DNA from: the human T2T-CHM13v2.0 reference genome, Homo sapiens
Strand: one strand, 5' to 3'
Assembly: GCF_009914755.1 (NCBI RefSeq)
Contig: NC_060926.1
Length of the DNA: 64,000 nucleotides
The notes under the pieces were generated by a model. It searched no databases. It had not been told where the DNA came from and was given only the letters and a program-made list of their open reading frames with translations. The position numbers were made by a program, and so were the translations under genes. Positions 27,210-42,318 of the stretch are shown in pieces; the stretch's first letter is position 1, and each line of letters starts with the position of its first letter.

Positions 27210-27555
27210 TATCTTAGTCAGGATAGGCTAGAATAAGCTGCAGTCACAATTGACTCGAAAATATCAAGAGTAAATGTTTATTTATTATCAACATTACATT
27301 TTCAACATGAGTCAGCAAAGGAGCTCTGATCATTGTTACCACTCAAGTACCCAGGAGGGAAGAGTGGACATCTTGACATGGGATTTAATAATCTTTCAGA
27401 AGAGTACTGAAATGTCTAATATCTTTCCCAGAACAGAAAAACAACACTGCAACTTCTGAACGCATTTCACTGGCCAAAGGCAGTATGGCTACATCTAACT
27501 TGAAGGGGATGGAGAAGTAGAATAAGTGAGATATTTGTCAATATCTCTATAAATG
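27210..27555 (-). mobile_element. Old MaLR LTR (MLT1I/J-like)
   Basis: ttagtcaggataggctag...gctgcagtcacaa...catttcactggccaaaggcagtatggctacatctaacttgaagggg. Confidence 0.65.
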
Positions 27556-28254
27556 ACCCTGCTGGACTTCTTATTAACTCTTGTGATGGTGGCTCCTCAT
27601 AGCTAGACCAGCAGTAGCCAAAGGAGAAGATGGTGAGTCTTCTGCCAAAAGTATTTCTTGTTGTTTCCTTTTGTTGAACTCCAGCCACAACTCTTTAATA
27701 GAAGATCTCAGAGAATCATTACCTTGTTGGGAGCTACCACGAGTTAGAGATATTCATTCCAAAGGAAAAAAGCATTCTAACTCAAGATGTAATACTGAAT
27801 ATGAATCCAAAGACTAGTAGAAAAGAGACAGGGATAAATTTAAAAACTGATGTATTAAAATGCAAAAAACAACTTTCAATATATCTGAAAGTTATTTCTC
27901 ATTGCCAGTGACAAGACATGTTTTACTGTAACCATAGTCCTTTGAGGGTGCTGGAGTACCTCTGAAAGTAAAATAAACTCACCCCGTATTAGAGAGAAAT
28001 GTTGTATTCTACCATACCCCTTTTCAATCAGAGAGATATTTGAAGTAAAGAGCCCTCCTGAGTTTTTCTTATTACCTTAAGACACCCGGAACATGGGACC
28101 AGAACTTTATTGAATATCAGGGCCCATGGGTCCTTTTCTCATGTAGTACCAAGGAGTCAGCAAACAACCAATAAAGGAATGTAAATGCCATCAGAAGAAG
28201 GGTTGAATAATACTGAGCTAGTGCTGTTTACAATCAATAAATGATAAGTGAAGC

Positions 28255-28619
<365 letters not shown>

Positions 28620-29414
28620 TCATGCAAAATTTCCTATTGGTGTCATCCTAAATTTTTAGTGAAAATAAAAATAATACATATAAATTCATGACAAGCCTGG
28701 AGGAAAATAAATGTATAAACTTAATCCCTCAAACACAAATATGACACAAGAAAAATTAAAACAAATTAAGGAATACTATGTGCAATTACAATTTAACAAA
28801 AATAAATTTGAAAAATGTGAAAAGATTACATGCATATATACATAGATAGAAATATATCCACACACTGTCTATGCATGTATATACATAGAAATATATCCAC
28901 ACACTCACACACACACATAGAAAATACACACACACACATACACACACAAAATATTAAAATTACGCAAAAGAGGTAGATATTCTGAATGAAACCAGTTACC
29001 GGGAAAAGTATTGAAAAAGTTATCATTTTTAAAAAATAGATAAGAAAATCCACCTCTGGAAAAGACTGAAGGCATGGGTGATTTAATGGGACATTACTTT
29101 TAAATAGTCATGCACCAAAGAACTTCCATCATATATAAGTTTACCCAGAGCACAAAAAGCAGTGAAGCTTTTTCAATTAATTTACTCAAGTTAGCCTAAT
29201 AAACCAGTTACAAAGCACAGTAAAAGAAAGCTGTGTACCAATCTCATATCGCAATGTAGAAGTTCTACATAATACACAAGTAAATCAAATCTAAAAGTAT
29301 ACTAATAGAAAAATATACATTATAAAGAATTGTTTGGAAAAAAAGAATATTTTTGCACAAGGAAATATGTTGATGTAATTCACACTATATAGTATCATTT
29401 CAGATTTCCAGATC

Positions 29415-29503
29415 TAGAGTTGGACAAATGGGGCTTCCAATGCCAGCTCCACAAATTACTGGCTGTGTGACCTTGGGGAAATTACCTAACCATTCTGTGC
29501 CTC
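29415..29503 (+). mobile_element. MIR core
   Basis: ccagctccacaaattactggctgtgtgaccttggggaaattacctaacc. Confidence 0.85.
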
Positions 29504-29587
29504 TCACATCTGACATAAGCTGCAAGTTCAGTAGGTTCCCAAAATCACTTACAATTTGGATAATTTGCTAGCAGGATCACAGAACTC
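29503..29587. mobile_element. MER21-like LTR fragment
   Basis: ctgcaagttc...ggataatttgctagcaggatcacagaactc. Confidence 0.5.
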
Positions 29588-29594
29588 TCTATAG

Positions 29595-30036
29595 GTTTCT
29601 AGTTTTTGGACAAATTTGAAAATATTCTCATCATTATATTTTTAAACACTTTTCTGTTCCTTCTTTGTTCCTTCAGGAACTTCAATTACACATTTATTAG
29701 GCTCTTTGACATTGTTCCACAGCTAACTGATGTTCTGTGTTTTTTTTTTTTTTTTTCAATATTTTTCTCAGTGTGTTTCATTTCGGATTGTTTCTACTGC
29801 ATGTCTTTAAGTTCACTAATACATCTTTCGGAAGTACATAATCTGTTATTAGTTAAAATTTTCATCATAGAAGTTCAGTCTGGGACTTTTAAATGCCTTC
29901 TCTGTCTCTATTTAATATGCTAAGTCTTTCCTATACATTTCTAAAAATATTTTCATGCTTTGTCCATTTTTCCAGTTGTGCCAGGCAAGAGCGGAATGCA
30001 GCTCTTGTCACTCCACCTTTACCAGGCGCAGAAGTC
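29595..30036 (-). mobile_element. Antisense L1M 5' end/ORF1 fragment
   Basis: gaacttcaattacacatttattagg...ctttaagttcactaat; ends ttgtcactccacc...gcagaagtc. Confidence 0.65.
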
Positions 30037-32281
30037 ACGTATATTCAATTTTCATTTCTTCTGCAAAGAATCTTAGATCTCCATTCAAAGTATAATGGAG
30101 CTACGCTCTCTGTTTGTTCATGTGCTTGTTAATATAATGAAATTAATTTGAAATATTTACATTTTTAATATTCTAGAAGAGTGAGGATCAATATTAGAAT
30201 ATAAGTTATTGGGTGGGGAGAGGGGAGGGATTTAAAAAAATTATGCTAAAATACATATATGAAAAAAATAAAATATAGACAAAGATATATTTAAAAGAAA
30301 AAAAGAACTGAGTTTAACCTGATGAACAATAAAATCTGACATCAGATCTGAAAGACAGATAAATAAGACAGCACAGAAAGCTCTGAAACAGCCTATTCTA
30401 ATAAATAATTTAATATAAGACAAGGATAATATGTCATGAAGTAGAAATGGATAGATTAATAAATTACAATGAAATTAAAAGTTAAAAATAATAAAACTAT
30501 AGCTGTATCACATACCATTGATCAAAATAGATTCTAGAATGAGTTATGTAGTTAAAATAAAAAGTACATGTAAATGAACTGGTAAAGAAATTCAGATGAA
30601 TCTCTGTTATAAAAGCAAGGAATCAATTTCTAACTGTAAACTCAAAATGTGAAAATCACAAAGGAAAATTGTAATAGATTTTAAAACATTAAATAATATT
30701 TCTTCTACCTGAGGAAAATATTAGTAAATTTAAAAGACAAACTAGAAATCTGTAATGTATTATAAAAAAGAATAAATTATTATAATAAAAGAGAGCCTTA
30801 TAAATCAATAATAAAATTACCAAAAAAATTAAAATTACAATGTATATTTTCAATAATTCGTAGGATAACCAAAAGCAATAAACATATAAAATATTTCTTA
30901 CTAGTAATAAGAAATAAACATTATAAAAACTTGAAGTACATTGTCACTTCAAACATTGTAAAGGTTAAAATACAATTCCCAGAATGATGAAGGTAGTGGA
31001 AAAGGGGAATTCCTACACTCATGACAGAGATAATATTTAAGATTTCTGGACAATAACTTGGCAATGTATATATTTGGAATCTTAATAATGTTGTAGCATT
31101 TAGCAACTTACCATATTTTTAAAGCACATTTAAGGAAGTATAACACTCATAACATAGTCTTAAAATAGACTACAAAATGCATGTCCTGTATGATATACTA
31201 ATTTAATTTTTAAAAATACTAAACTGTAAACAGTGGCTATCTCCAGATTTTGGGAGTGTGTCTAATATTTATGAAACAATATTACTTTTATTGTCATAAA
31301 ATGAATCAACATCTATCACTCTTTAACGTGTTATTTATTGTTACTATAATCAATCAGGCACTCCACTGAGGAGGTAATGGGGAGCTTTTTCCATCAGAGA
31401 CTGTAGAATAAAGTAAACTACTCCCCCAAATGTTGGCACTTACTCTGGAATGGCATAAACTCTATAATAAACTCTGAGGCCAAAAGAATGTCTCTTTCTC
31501 TCTCTCTCTCTAAGTCTGTCACCGTGAAGTTTAATCCTTCTGCTGATAGTCAGGTAATTTCAGTACTAAGGTCTTAAATCTAGAAGGGGGCGAAGGGAAA
31601 AAATGCTTTTTCCTGGACATATGTTCCTCATTATGTCAGTCCTTTTATAGCTACGGCTTCAAGGTGACCTTGAAAGGAAACACCCAGCAGAGCCAGAAGT
31701 TGGTTACTGTTCACTAGAGAACAGTGTTGCAGTGTTCAGTGTGTAAGGAGAAGTTACTTTACCTCTCAGAGGTTGTGTAGCAACTCCTCTGTGCCTACAA
31801 AATGAGTAGAGATATTTTTACATAAACTTTCCAAAGAAGTCCCACCACTGCAGAAAATGGATTAACTTATGAGGTTCCTGAAAGTACATGTGTTAAATAA
31901 GCAATAAATAACTGCTAAACGAATACATAGAGAATGAATGAAGTACCGCAAGCTTCTTTGCCTTGTGTCTATGTAAGAGCCTGTCATTCTTCCTTTGCAT
32001 CTTCATCACCTGGGGAGAATTTTTATAATAGTTTCCCAGGTTCCACATCCCAGAAATAAAGCAGCATCTGGTCTGGATAGGGTCATGACAGAGCTTTCAC
32101 AGACATATACGCTGTTCACCATACAAAGATCCTCAGTCATAGAGGCAACTTGGGCCTGAAGTCCAGCCTGTACTTTTGGATTAGGCTAAATTCGCCCAGA
32201 AGAAGGAATGCTTTCTTCTAATTCATACAAAAGTGTGCCTGCTGACCAAGCCTTGCACCCAGGAGTGCACCTTCTCATGAT

Positions 32282-32283
<2 letters not shown>

Positions 32284-32316
<33 letters not shown>

Positions 32317-32331
32317 TGTGTGGGTGTGTGT
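32284..32331. repeat. (GT)16 plus degenerate tail
   Basis: Seen directly. Confidence 0.95.
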
Positions 32332-32959
32332 TTTCATACAAAGATGCTATATCGACTACCTGCAGCCTTAATCCAGGCCTCAGGATTTTTTAACCATAGT
32401 TGCTTGAAAACTATGGTTGAAAACCACAGAGCAACATCAACTATTACCAACACTGAGCTCAAATTCTTCTCTACAGAATCCGGTTTCTACATTTTTCCAT
32501 GCTTACAATTCCCCCTCTCTGCAGTCTGAGAACCTTACCTCCACTGTGCTTGTCCCCTGACTTCTCACATACATACCCATGCGGACCGTCTGCCCACATT
32601 CCTTCTATGAACTATACTTCCATAGTTTCTGTATAGTAACCGTGTTCAGAATGTTGAATTAAATGTAATAAATTAAATTTATTAATAACAATATAATGAG
32701 TTAAATCTAATAATGCAAAACTTACAAATTGAAATTCTAAAAGTATGAAATTCAAAACTCTGAACTTGATTACTACAGCTTGTGAGAAACAGGAGCACGA
32801 AGCTGTGGAAGGTATATACGTTGAGATTAGGAAGGTGGTGGCCTCCCTGCAGCTGCACAATTGTCACAGTGAGAATGCTGGTGAGCATGGGGACAGTAAT
32901 GGGTGATGAATCTGCTGCTATATGGATTTTAAAAGATATTTCATTATCCAGAAAAATCA

Positions 32960-33095
32960 AGCCAGCACAGTGGCGTGTGCCTGTAGCCCCAGCTATTCAG
33001 GAGGCTGAGGTGGGAGGATTCCTTTAGCCTAGGACTTGGAGGATAGCCTGGGCAACACAGTGAGATCCTGCCTCAAAAATAAATAATAAGAAAAA
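32960..33095 (+). mobile_element. FLAM_A-like monomeric Alu
   Basis: Single arm gtggcgtgtgcctgtagccccagcta...agcctgggcaacacagtgagatcctgcctc plus A tail. Confidence 0.85.
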
Positions 33096-34309
33096 GTTAC
33101 TCAGTTAAGTCCAAACAAAAGTAACCTTATTTTTTGCAATCTCCTGCATGTTAGGAAATGTAATAAAAATAGGAGTATGACATAGCCTTTATCATCAAAT
33201 TCATGTAATCTAGAGGTACTAAAGAGGAATTAAAAACCATGGGGAAAGTCCCCTTTAAGAGCTCCCCTCAGTTTCTCAGCAACATGCCTGAGAAGGCTAA
33301 AAAAAATTAATAAATAACATCAAAAGCTGGGAGAAATGTGCATCAAATGTAAGACACATGGAAGAGAAAATCCTCCCAGAAAACAGTCTAGAAGGAGGAA
33401 TGATGGTATAGAAAATTGTCATCTGCATTATGCCTTAACAGGTAAGGATCTGTAGGAGAGGCAGAAACAGAAGTGTTTTGGTAAGTGTACATACTGGCAC
33501 TGTAGATCTCCAAGACTCATTTTAATAAGAGTGAAGGAAAAAGAGAAAAGTTGAAAAAATATTCTTCCATCAGGCATGAGCATGATAAATATGATTTTCT
33601 TTCTTTTATTTTTTTTTTCAAAACAGTAGAACTTGAAATAAAGGCTGTGCATATCTACTGCGGGGAACAGTTCTCTAAAGGGGTTTACACCTGCAACCAT
33701 GTTCATGCTTGAGGATGTCTTGTGTTAACCTAGACAGCTCAGCAATTTGGTATTCTGTCCAAGGAACAGGAGGTGATATGAAGGGACTTGTTTGTAAACA
33801 TGCTCACTGTCTTGGAAATGGTGTTTTGTTTGAAACAAGGTGACAAATCCCTCTCAAGTTGAAAGTAAGCAAAAGTAGAAACTAAATAGATCACTTTTGA
33901 ATTCAAGATGAGCAAATAGGAAACTTAAAAGTAAATCAAAATATGGTAAAACCTACATGTGAATATATAAAATACAGTGTGAATCAGGGAAAAGAAGCAG
34001 TATTGTGTAGTCAAAAGGGAAAATAACACCTCTAAATAAGTTTGGAAACATCAAACAGAAGAAAAATGTCACATACTCATTGTAATGGCTAAAATTAAAC
34101 ATCAACAATACCAAGTATTGATAAGAATGTGGCGTCACCGGGACTCTCACACATTATGAATGGGAGTGTGAAATGGTACAGACACTTTGGCAAAAGATGA
34201 GCCAGTTTCTTATACATTTACACGTGTAACTGTCATATGACTCAGCAATGCCACTTCTACAACTTTAATATAGAAAAATAAAAATATATTTCTGCAGAAA
34301 CACTCATAA

Positions 34310-34633
<324 letters not shown>

Positions 34634-35134
34634 GCCGGTTTCCTTTATAAGGGTGCAAACTGAAACCAACGCAAATATCTTTCAACAGGTATATAAACAA
34701 GTTGTGGTATAGTCATACAATCGAAAACTCCTCAGCAGTAAAAATGAGCAAACCTCTAATAAACACAACTACATGGACAAATCTCACAAACCATACAGTG
34801 AATGAAATGAGCCACACAAAAATAGTACAAGTTATACGATTCAATTTACATAAATTTCTGGAACAGACAAAACTAATTTGTGACTCTAAAAATCAGAATA
34901 AATGTCATCTATGAGATGGGGCAGAAATTGACTAGGAAGTGTTGTGTGGAAAATTTCTAGGGTTGATGATAGAGGGATCTGAGTCGCTTACTATGTGTAT
35001 TAGTCAAAGTGCACTGAATGGCTTAAGATTTGTGCATTTTATTTTTATGTAAAATTAACCTCAAAAGAAAACAAGAAATACATATTGAATTCTTGTTAAT
35101 TCTATTTATGCTAAAAATATTTAAGGTGAAATGC

Positions 35135-35940
<806 letters not shown>

Positions 35941-38855
35941 GAGGGTAGTGATGCCTGCAACTCACTTTAAATGTTACCCTAAAACAATGGATTAGTAGAT
36001 GGATAGATGGATGAATATATTGATAGACATAAGATAAAACATATATTACAACATATTAACAACTTTGGGATCTAAGTGATAGGTACATATGTGTTCACCA
36101 CACAACTCAATAAACTTTTCTATATGTTTGAAATTTTTCAAAATAAAATGTTGGGGAAAATCACTTAATTCTAAGGAGATATGAGAAGACATGGCTTCCT
36201 CTAAGTAGGAAAGGTCATCAAAAGAGCTCAGTCTAATTAGAAGGCAGAGCTGCTAAAGGGTGATGGGTGAAATGCAAGATACATGGTTTTGCAGGGGGCA
36301 GCACTGGAAGAAATGTTTGCACTAGGTGTCCAATGTCTGAAAGGGCCTCAGCATAGCCACACCATCTGCCCCCAACATATTATGGGGGAGAGCAAGCTAT
36401 TTCTTATGGATGTCGGTCACTCAGACTGTGGCAGAACAGAAGCTTCTTTGGAGTTTGTATTCAAGAGAAGGCAGCAGTGACCTTTGTTACTGTGAACCGA
36501 TATATGAAGACCAGATGGGAACAAGTGGCATCTCAGTGGATGCTCATGCAGATTAAGGTTTGGGATTGTGCCTATATTAGATACAGAACTATACCCACTC
36601 CTGAATCCAAGCACAATCCCAAGGCCAAAAGAATTGGGTTCATATTGAGAAAGGGGGTGAAAAAGAATGGTTGGAAACATAGAAAATCATAATTAATGGC
36701 TAGTGATTTTCTCTGTGCATTGGTGTCTTAAATAATTTTGAGCATTTTTAAACTTTCAAAAGGGCTAGGAATTATTTTTCTATAATTAGCATTAATAATA
36801 ACAATTAATTTTAAGAACATGATAAACAGTAATTGTACAGAGAAGAAAATATCCTCACTCATACATGACTGTCGGTGTTATTATAAACATGGTTCTTTTC
36901 TCAAACTAGTATGACTTTTCCTCAAAGGATATATTTCAAAGTATTTTCTTAGGAATACAAGTGTTGTTACCTAAAGCACAACAAACAATGAAGTGCAACT
37001 CTAGGGTCTGTGTTTGACTCAGTCCTTTTTTACTTTTTGGAGAAAAAAGAAAAAAAAAAGTAATGTAAACCATTCGATATAATTAAATCACATACTAATA
37101 AGGACAAACAGAAACTAAAATACACATGCACCTACACACAGGCTCAGTGACTGAAATGGGAAGAAAGTCATGCCCAGAAGAGCTGGAAAATGGAGAGCAA
37201 CAGGCACAAGCTAAAGGCAGTCATCAGGCTTTTGTTCTGGCTGCCTGTGCCCTGCCCCTATAGCCTCTCCACAGTCTAGACAGTTATCTTGGCAACAGAC
37301 AGAAGAAAGAACCATATGCAGACACGCAATTTAGAGCAATATGTACGGGACAATGTGGGAACTTGAACTGCCCCTCCCCTCTAACGTTTAGCAAATTTGG
37401 TGAAATCTGAATGAATATGGGGTGCTGGTGGTCGGAGGGAGAGGAGGATGACTCAGACTATCTCTCAGAAGCCAAATTTAACTCCAAGAGATCTGTCTCT
37501 CACCTGTTAAGGGATTCAGGAGGGTTTGGTAACCTTGATCTGATGCACTTTGGGAAAGCATAAACATCAAATAAAAAACAGCAACCATCGAGTTTGTGCT
37601 AAAGCCATCATTTACTTTTTAAATTTTGTTCATAGATTATCTTCTCTTCCTAACTTTCACTGTTTTCTTTTTCAAGGGACCTGCGTTATCTCCTTAAGAG
37701 CAAGTAATGGAGCCTCAGAGGTTACCCATTTCCTATTATCACCCTTGAGGAAGTGCAGAGCAAGCTGGGGAGGAGAAGGACAGCCTGGTACTGATGAGAG
37801 AGCAGTGTGCCCATGCAGCTGAGAGGCAATTCAATCCCTAACTTGATTCATCAACCTGCTCACAATCCGCAGCCCTGTGAGGATGGTGATCTGCGGATGT
37901 GACAGGATTTTCTAGAACCCAGAGGGCATGTCCCTGGAATAACTGACACAAAAATCATCCTTACTAATTATTCTATAATAACATAAAAAAGAGCACTATT
38001 GTAGAATGTCAAATTATTTTGTTTGTTAGAAGGTAAACTCTTTTTGTAACATGAATAAACCCCTAATATACTTTAGTTGCATATTCTATCTTCCAGATAC
38101 TAGGATTTCTTAAAGCAGGGTCTACCTGGACTTAATGATACTGGTTGCTACAGGCAATTCCCACCTCCTCACTCCAAGATAAGAACAAGATCTCCCAAGG
38201 AGCATCCCAGCTATGAACTCCAGTGTCTAAGGACACATTACGACAGCTGTCTGTTAAGAAGACAAGCAATAAAATGTTCTATAAAGGCACCCAGTTAAAT
38301 TTCCAATTAAAATGATATAGTGCCTTCATTTTTTAAGTTTTCCCAAGGTTTGCTGATGACTAAAATTATGTAATGACTCTTTCAAGATTTTAAATCTGCT
38401 AATTAATCTCTGCACCTTTACAATAACCCAGAGCAATAAAAGGCACAATGAAAAGGAGCAGAATAATGTACAAGCGGATTAACCCTTGGGAAGCTGATCT
38501 CTTTCAGCCTTGCTGGCTGGTGATTTAAAGTGGGTCAGGATATCACATGGTCACACAGGTAATTGGCAACCTCAGAAGCAGTCTCATTGGATGGCAGCTG
38601 TGTCAGAACTGGTTCTGCTTCTACTGCAATCCCTATTACAATGCCTGGTGCATGCAAGCCTCTGCAGTTCAAAGTACAAGATGAGTGGGGATGTGGGGAA
38701 GGCAGAGACACTGCAGAGTCCTGAAGGGCAGAACTTCCAAAAACAGTTTAGTGAGTGATCCTGGAAAAGGTCAAGGGCTGAAACTCTCTAAGGGGGACCC
38801 AGGAGGCCACAGTCTGTGTGCTGAACTCATGCAATGCCAAGTGGAAAGTCATTGT

Positions 38856-39613
38856 TGTTACCAAACCAAACTTGGATCTGCACACCTGAAACAGCAAACA
38901 CTGACATTGAGATTGAAGCTAGAGAAAGTACGGCATTTATTGTAGGGCGTCAAGCAAGAAGAGTTGGGCAGCTCATGCTTAAGACCTGAACTCTCCATTG
39001 GCTCACAGGTAAGGGTTTTTAAAGGCAAGGATGCAAAAGTTACAGGTAGAGTCATCAATCAATACATAGAGGCTATGTATTGGATTGACCTGAAAAGGTG
39101 AGACATCTCAAAGTGGGGTACCTACAGGTCATAGGTAGATTCAATGATTTTTCTGATTTGTGATTGGTTAAGGGGATGAAGCCTTGTCTAAAAATTTGGG
39201 ATCAGCAGAAAGGACTGTTAGCTCTGGCTCCTGGATGTGACCTCCTCCAAGACCCTCAGGAAGAAATTTAAAACAAAGAAGAGCAGTCAAAGTTCAGTCC
39301 TCAGATCCCCCTTCTCTGAGGTCTATGTGCCAGCGAATCCATTTAGTGGGGGTCTGGGTTTCTGAAAAACAACTTAGGGACATACGTTAAGATGTTATCT
39401 TTAGTTTTTACAGGGAACCAAACATTCTCATGACTCTAACTTCCTTGGCTATTGTTTTAAGTTACTATTACCTACTTGTTTATCAAGTTGTTCATTTCCT
39501 TCTCAGGGGTAGCTAGGTGCCTAAAATTTCCCTTGAAGGAACTTAGAATTTTCACTTATTTCCATGCTTTGGGGTGGTACCCAGCAGGCCCCTAAAATGG
39601 GTACTTGCTGTAA
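38856..39613 (-). mobile_element. ERV1 MER4-group solo LTR (LTR39/MER49/LTR29 family)
   Basis: Reverse complement has ttaggggcctgc...aagcatggaaataag...ttccttcaagggaaatttt.ggcacctagct...aaagataacatcttaac; near-TSD ttgt/ctgt. Confidence 0.75.
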
Positions 39614-39790
39614 CTGTTAAGTGGCCCAATAGGTCTGAGGGGAAGACAGAGAGATACCTTGGAAGGAAAGAATAATCTGTATTTGTGACTTGAAGCTAAC
39701 TTGTACCCGAAGAGAATGTTTCTTATCCCCAACTGGGCCTCAGATGTATTTACTCAACTGTGTTACCATTGCTTACAATAGGTAAATAAC

Positions 39791-40040
39791 TGTGCCCATT
39801 ACTTACCTATTGTCTCTCAGCTCCATGCCCACTTTCTATTATGTTGTTCAGGATGCTGGGGCTGGAGCCTGCCATCTGTATTTCCCAGACTCTCTTGCCA
39901 AACAGACTCTCTGTTTAGGGTCTGCCAATGGAAGTTACTAAAGGAAGAATGAAATTGGGAAATAGAGAGGAAGAAACTCCTTTGCATTTGCTAATTCCTG
40001 GCAGCATCATTGAAACAGCAGCAGCAAGCAACTTGCAGAT
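39791..40040 (+). mobile_element. ERVL LTR41-like 5' part
   Basis: tgtgcccattactta...tctctcagctcca...gatgctggggctgg...tagggtctgccaat. Confidence 0.6.
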
Positions 40041-40282
40041 GATTCCTGATGAGAAGCACAGCCAGGATTAAGACTAGGTTCTGTTTGGTCTCAAAGATTA
40101 TGTACTTTCTCTAATCATACACTACCTCTCTGGTAGGAAAATTAGGAAAAAGCAACATTAGAAAACTTTAAGAAGGACTGATCTGGAGAGTAGTTAGCAG
40201 CGGTCCATACAGAAAGAGAGATCTGAGAAGAGGCTGCTGGAGTTGGCAATGAGTAGGATCCATTATTCAGAGTAATGGAGAC

Positions 40283-40854
40283 CATGAGAGGTGGAATCGT
40301 ATGATTGCCCCATGATCTTTGGTCCCTGGCGTTACAGCCTTGAGTGCAGATGAGAACCTGTAGTTTGCTTTTAGTCAACAGACTATGGCAAAGGTGAAGA
40401 GATTTTGCAAATGTAATTAAGGCCCTCAATTAGTTAGCCTTAAGCTAATCAAGGGGTAGATTGCCCTGGGTGGGCCTGATCTGCTTAGGTGAAGCCTTTA
40501 TAAAGAAGTGAAGCATTGGAGATATACTCCTGCTGGCCAGAAGCAAGAAAGCAAACTGCTATTGTAGGTGAATTATCTATGAAAAGCAGTAAGGTAGCCT
40601 CCAGGAACTAAGGGTATCATTACTACAACTGTAAGAAACTGAATTCTGCTATCAACCATATGAGTTTTAAATAGGTTTAAAAAAATCTCAGATGAGAGGA
40701 CAGCTCCAATCAACACCTTGATTTCAGCCTGATGGAACTAAGCAAAGGATCCAGTTAACTCCTGATCTGTGGAAACTGTGAGGTAATACATTTGTATTGT
40801 TTTAAGTCCCTAAGCTTGTGGTAATTTGTAATGCAGCAATAGAAAACAAATACA
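40283..40854 (+). mobile_element. MaLR LTR, MLT1E-like
   Basis: gattttgcaaatgtaattaaggccc...gtggtaatttgtaatgcagcaatagaaaacaaataca. Confidence 0.85.
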
Positions 40855-40884
40855 GGAACAGAAGTCAAATTTCAGGCAATTATA

Positions 40885-40886
<2 letters not shown>

Positions 40887-40930
<44 letters not shown>
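40887..40930. repeat. (CA)22 perfect microsatellite
   Basis: Seen directly. Confidence 0.97.
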
Positions 40931-40932
<2 letters not shown>

Positions 40933-42149
40933 GCTCTTCTAGCTACTGGCTGAACAGACTCCTGATACCAAACAAATCCATCATTTGGAATCATGCTGTC
41001 ATTCCCCACCTGTCTAAAACAGCTTACTGCTAACACCCCACCCTCATACTGCATCCCACTAGACAGCAATCTCATCCCAGATCAAAAGTGGGTTCATATT
41101 CCCTTCTGGAAGCTTGTATTAAATTTCTGGTTATAATCTCTGTGCTCCAGCCCATGTTCTTTTCATTAGATCTTTAGTGGAAAAAAAATCCAAAGAAGCA
41201 TCTGAATATTTTTATTATTATTTGACTATACACAACAGAGAGACAAAAAGAGTTCTTTAACTCGACTAGGGCATAAGGACCTTTACTAAACAAAACAAAA
41301 TAAAACCTGTGAAAAAAGAGGCAACAATAGCAACATGTAAACAAAACGGCACCATTATAATTGTTAGGTCTTAGCAATTGAAATGGAACTTAATGGTGGT
41401 GATGAAGTTTTCCTACGTGACTGGTTACTTTGTTTCCTTACTAGGCAGTACTTTTCATGTAGGCAGTAAAGTCAAAAGCATCCATGACAAATTCTCAAGG
41501 GGATACACAGATACCCCTTATAACAAGCAAGCAGATACAGCAACTGGTAGCATCATTATATACAGCTGAGTTGAAACTCCTTAAGAAGGCAATCTAAATA
41601 ACCTTGTCACATCCATTCTCCACACTTTTCCTTTGGCAAGTGCTCCATGTCCCCGTGAAGCCTCATTTCCCCATCTATTGCCAAAGGCTACCATTTCATA
41701 TCACACATCAAAGCGTGAGAAATGTCAAGGTAATGAAAACTGACACCGTGGCAAAGAGAAGGTGAGTCACAGCCATTGTGGGGAAAGCTGGGTCAAGGTC
41801 CTTCTGAACAGGGTACTGGATCATCCCAGCTCTCCTGTAGCTGTGCTCACGGAAGAGCAAGAGCTGGGCTCCACAAACACAAACACACCTCTTGAATAGC
41901 AGCCACAAAACACAATTTGTGATTCAAAGTGAATCCAATGGCAAGACAAGCAAAGAAGCTTCAAAAAACCTCCTTTGTCCTCTCAAGTTTTATTATGAAT
42001 TCAAAATATCCCTGGCTTAACTTAATAAATCGGCTATTTAGCTGTTACCCATGCATCTGGACAAACTTATTTAAATATTTCTCAAAGAAATTTATATGTT
42101 AAATCATGAATTTGGCTTTCTAGCCACCTCTTGCAGAAACAGAGCCATA

Positions 42150-42318
42150 TAATTAAAGACTTGGGGAGTCTGAAGGCTTTGCTTCTTGTGCAGATCAAAC
42201 ATGGATGTACATTGGTCTTTGGTCAAGTCACAGAATTTCTTCCTTTAGTTTTCAATTTCAAAAAGTGAACTCTATTTCAGACCTTGAACTTTTTCTAGCC
42301 CTACCATCAGGGATTCTC
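42150..42318 (+). mobile_element. MIR3-like
   Basis: ggtctttggtcaagtcac...ttctagccctaccatcagggattct. Confidence 0.45.

Larger units (their letters stand above)
28760..31290 (+). mobile_element. Decayed L1ME fragments
   Basis: gaatactatgtgcaatt, ccaatctcatat, tttctggacaataacttggcaatgtat, aacagtggctatctcc. Confidence 0.55.

Noticed and set aside
33425-33447. Possible recursive splice site aacAG-GTAAGG
   Set aside because: Weak polypyrimidine tract and no evidence of a plus-strand host transcript
39920-39942. CTCF site expected in LTR41-family elements
   Set aside because: The position reads gccaatggaagttacta; the GC-rich core is lost
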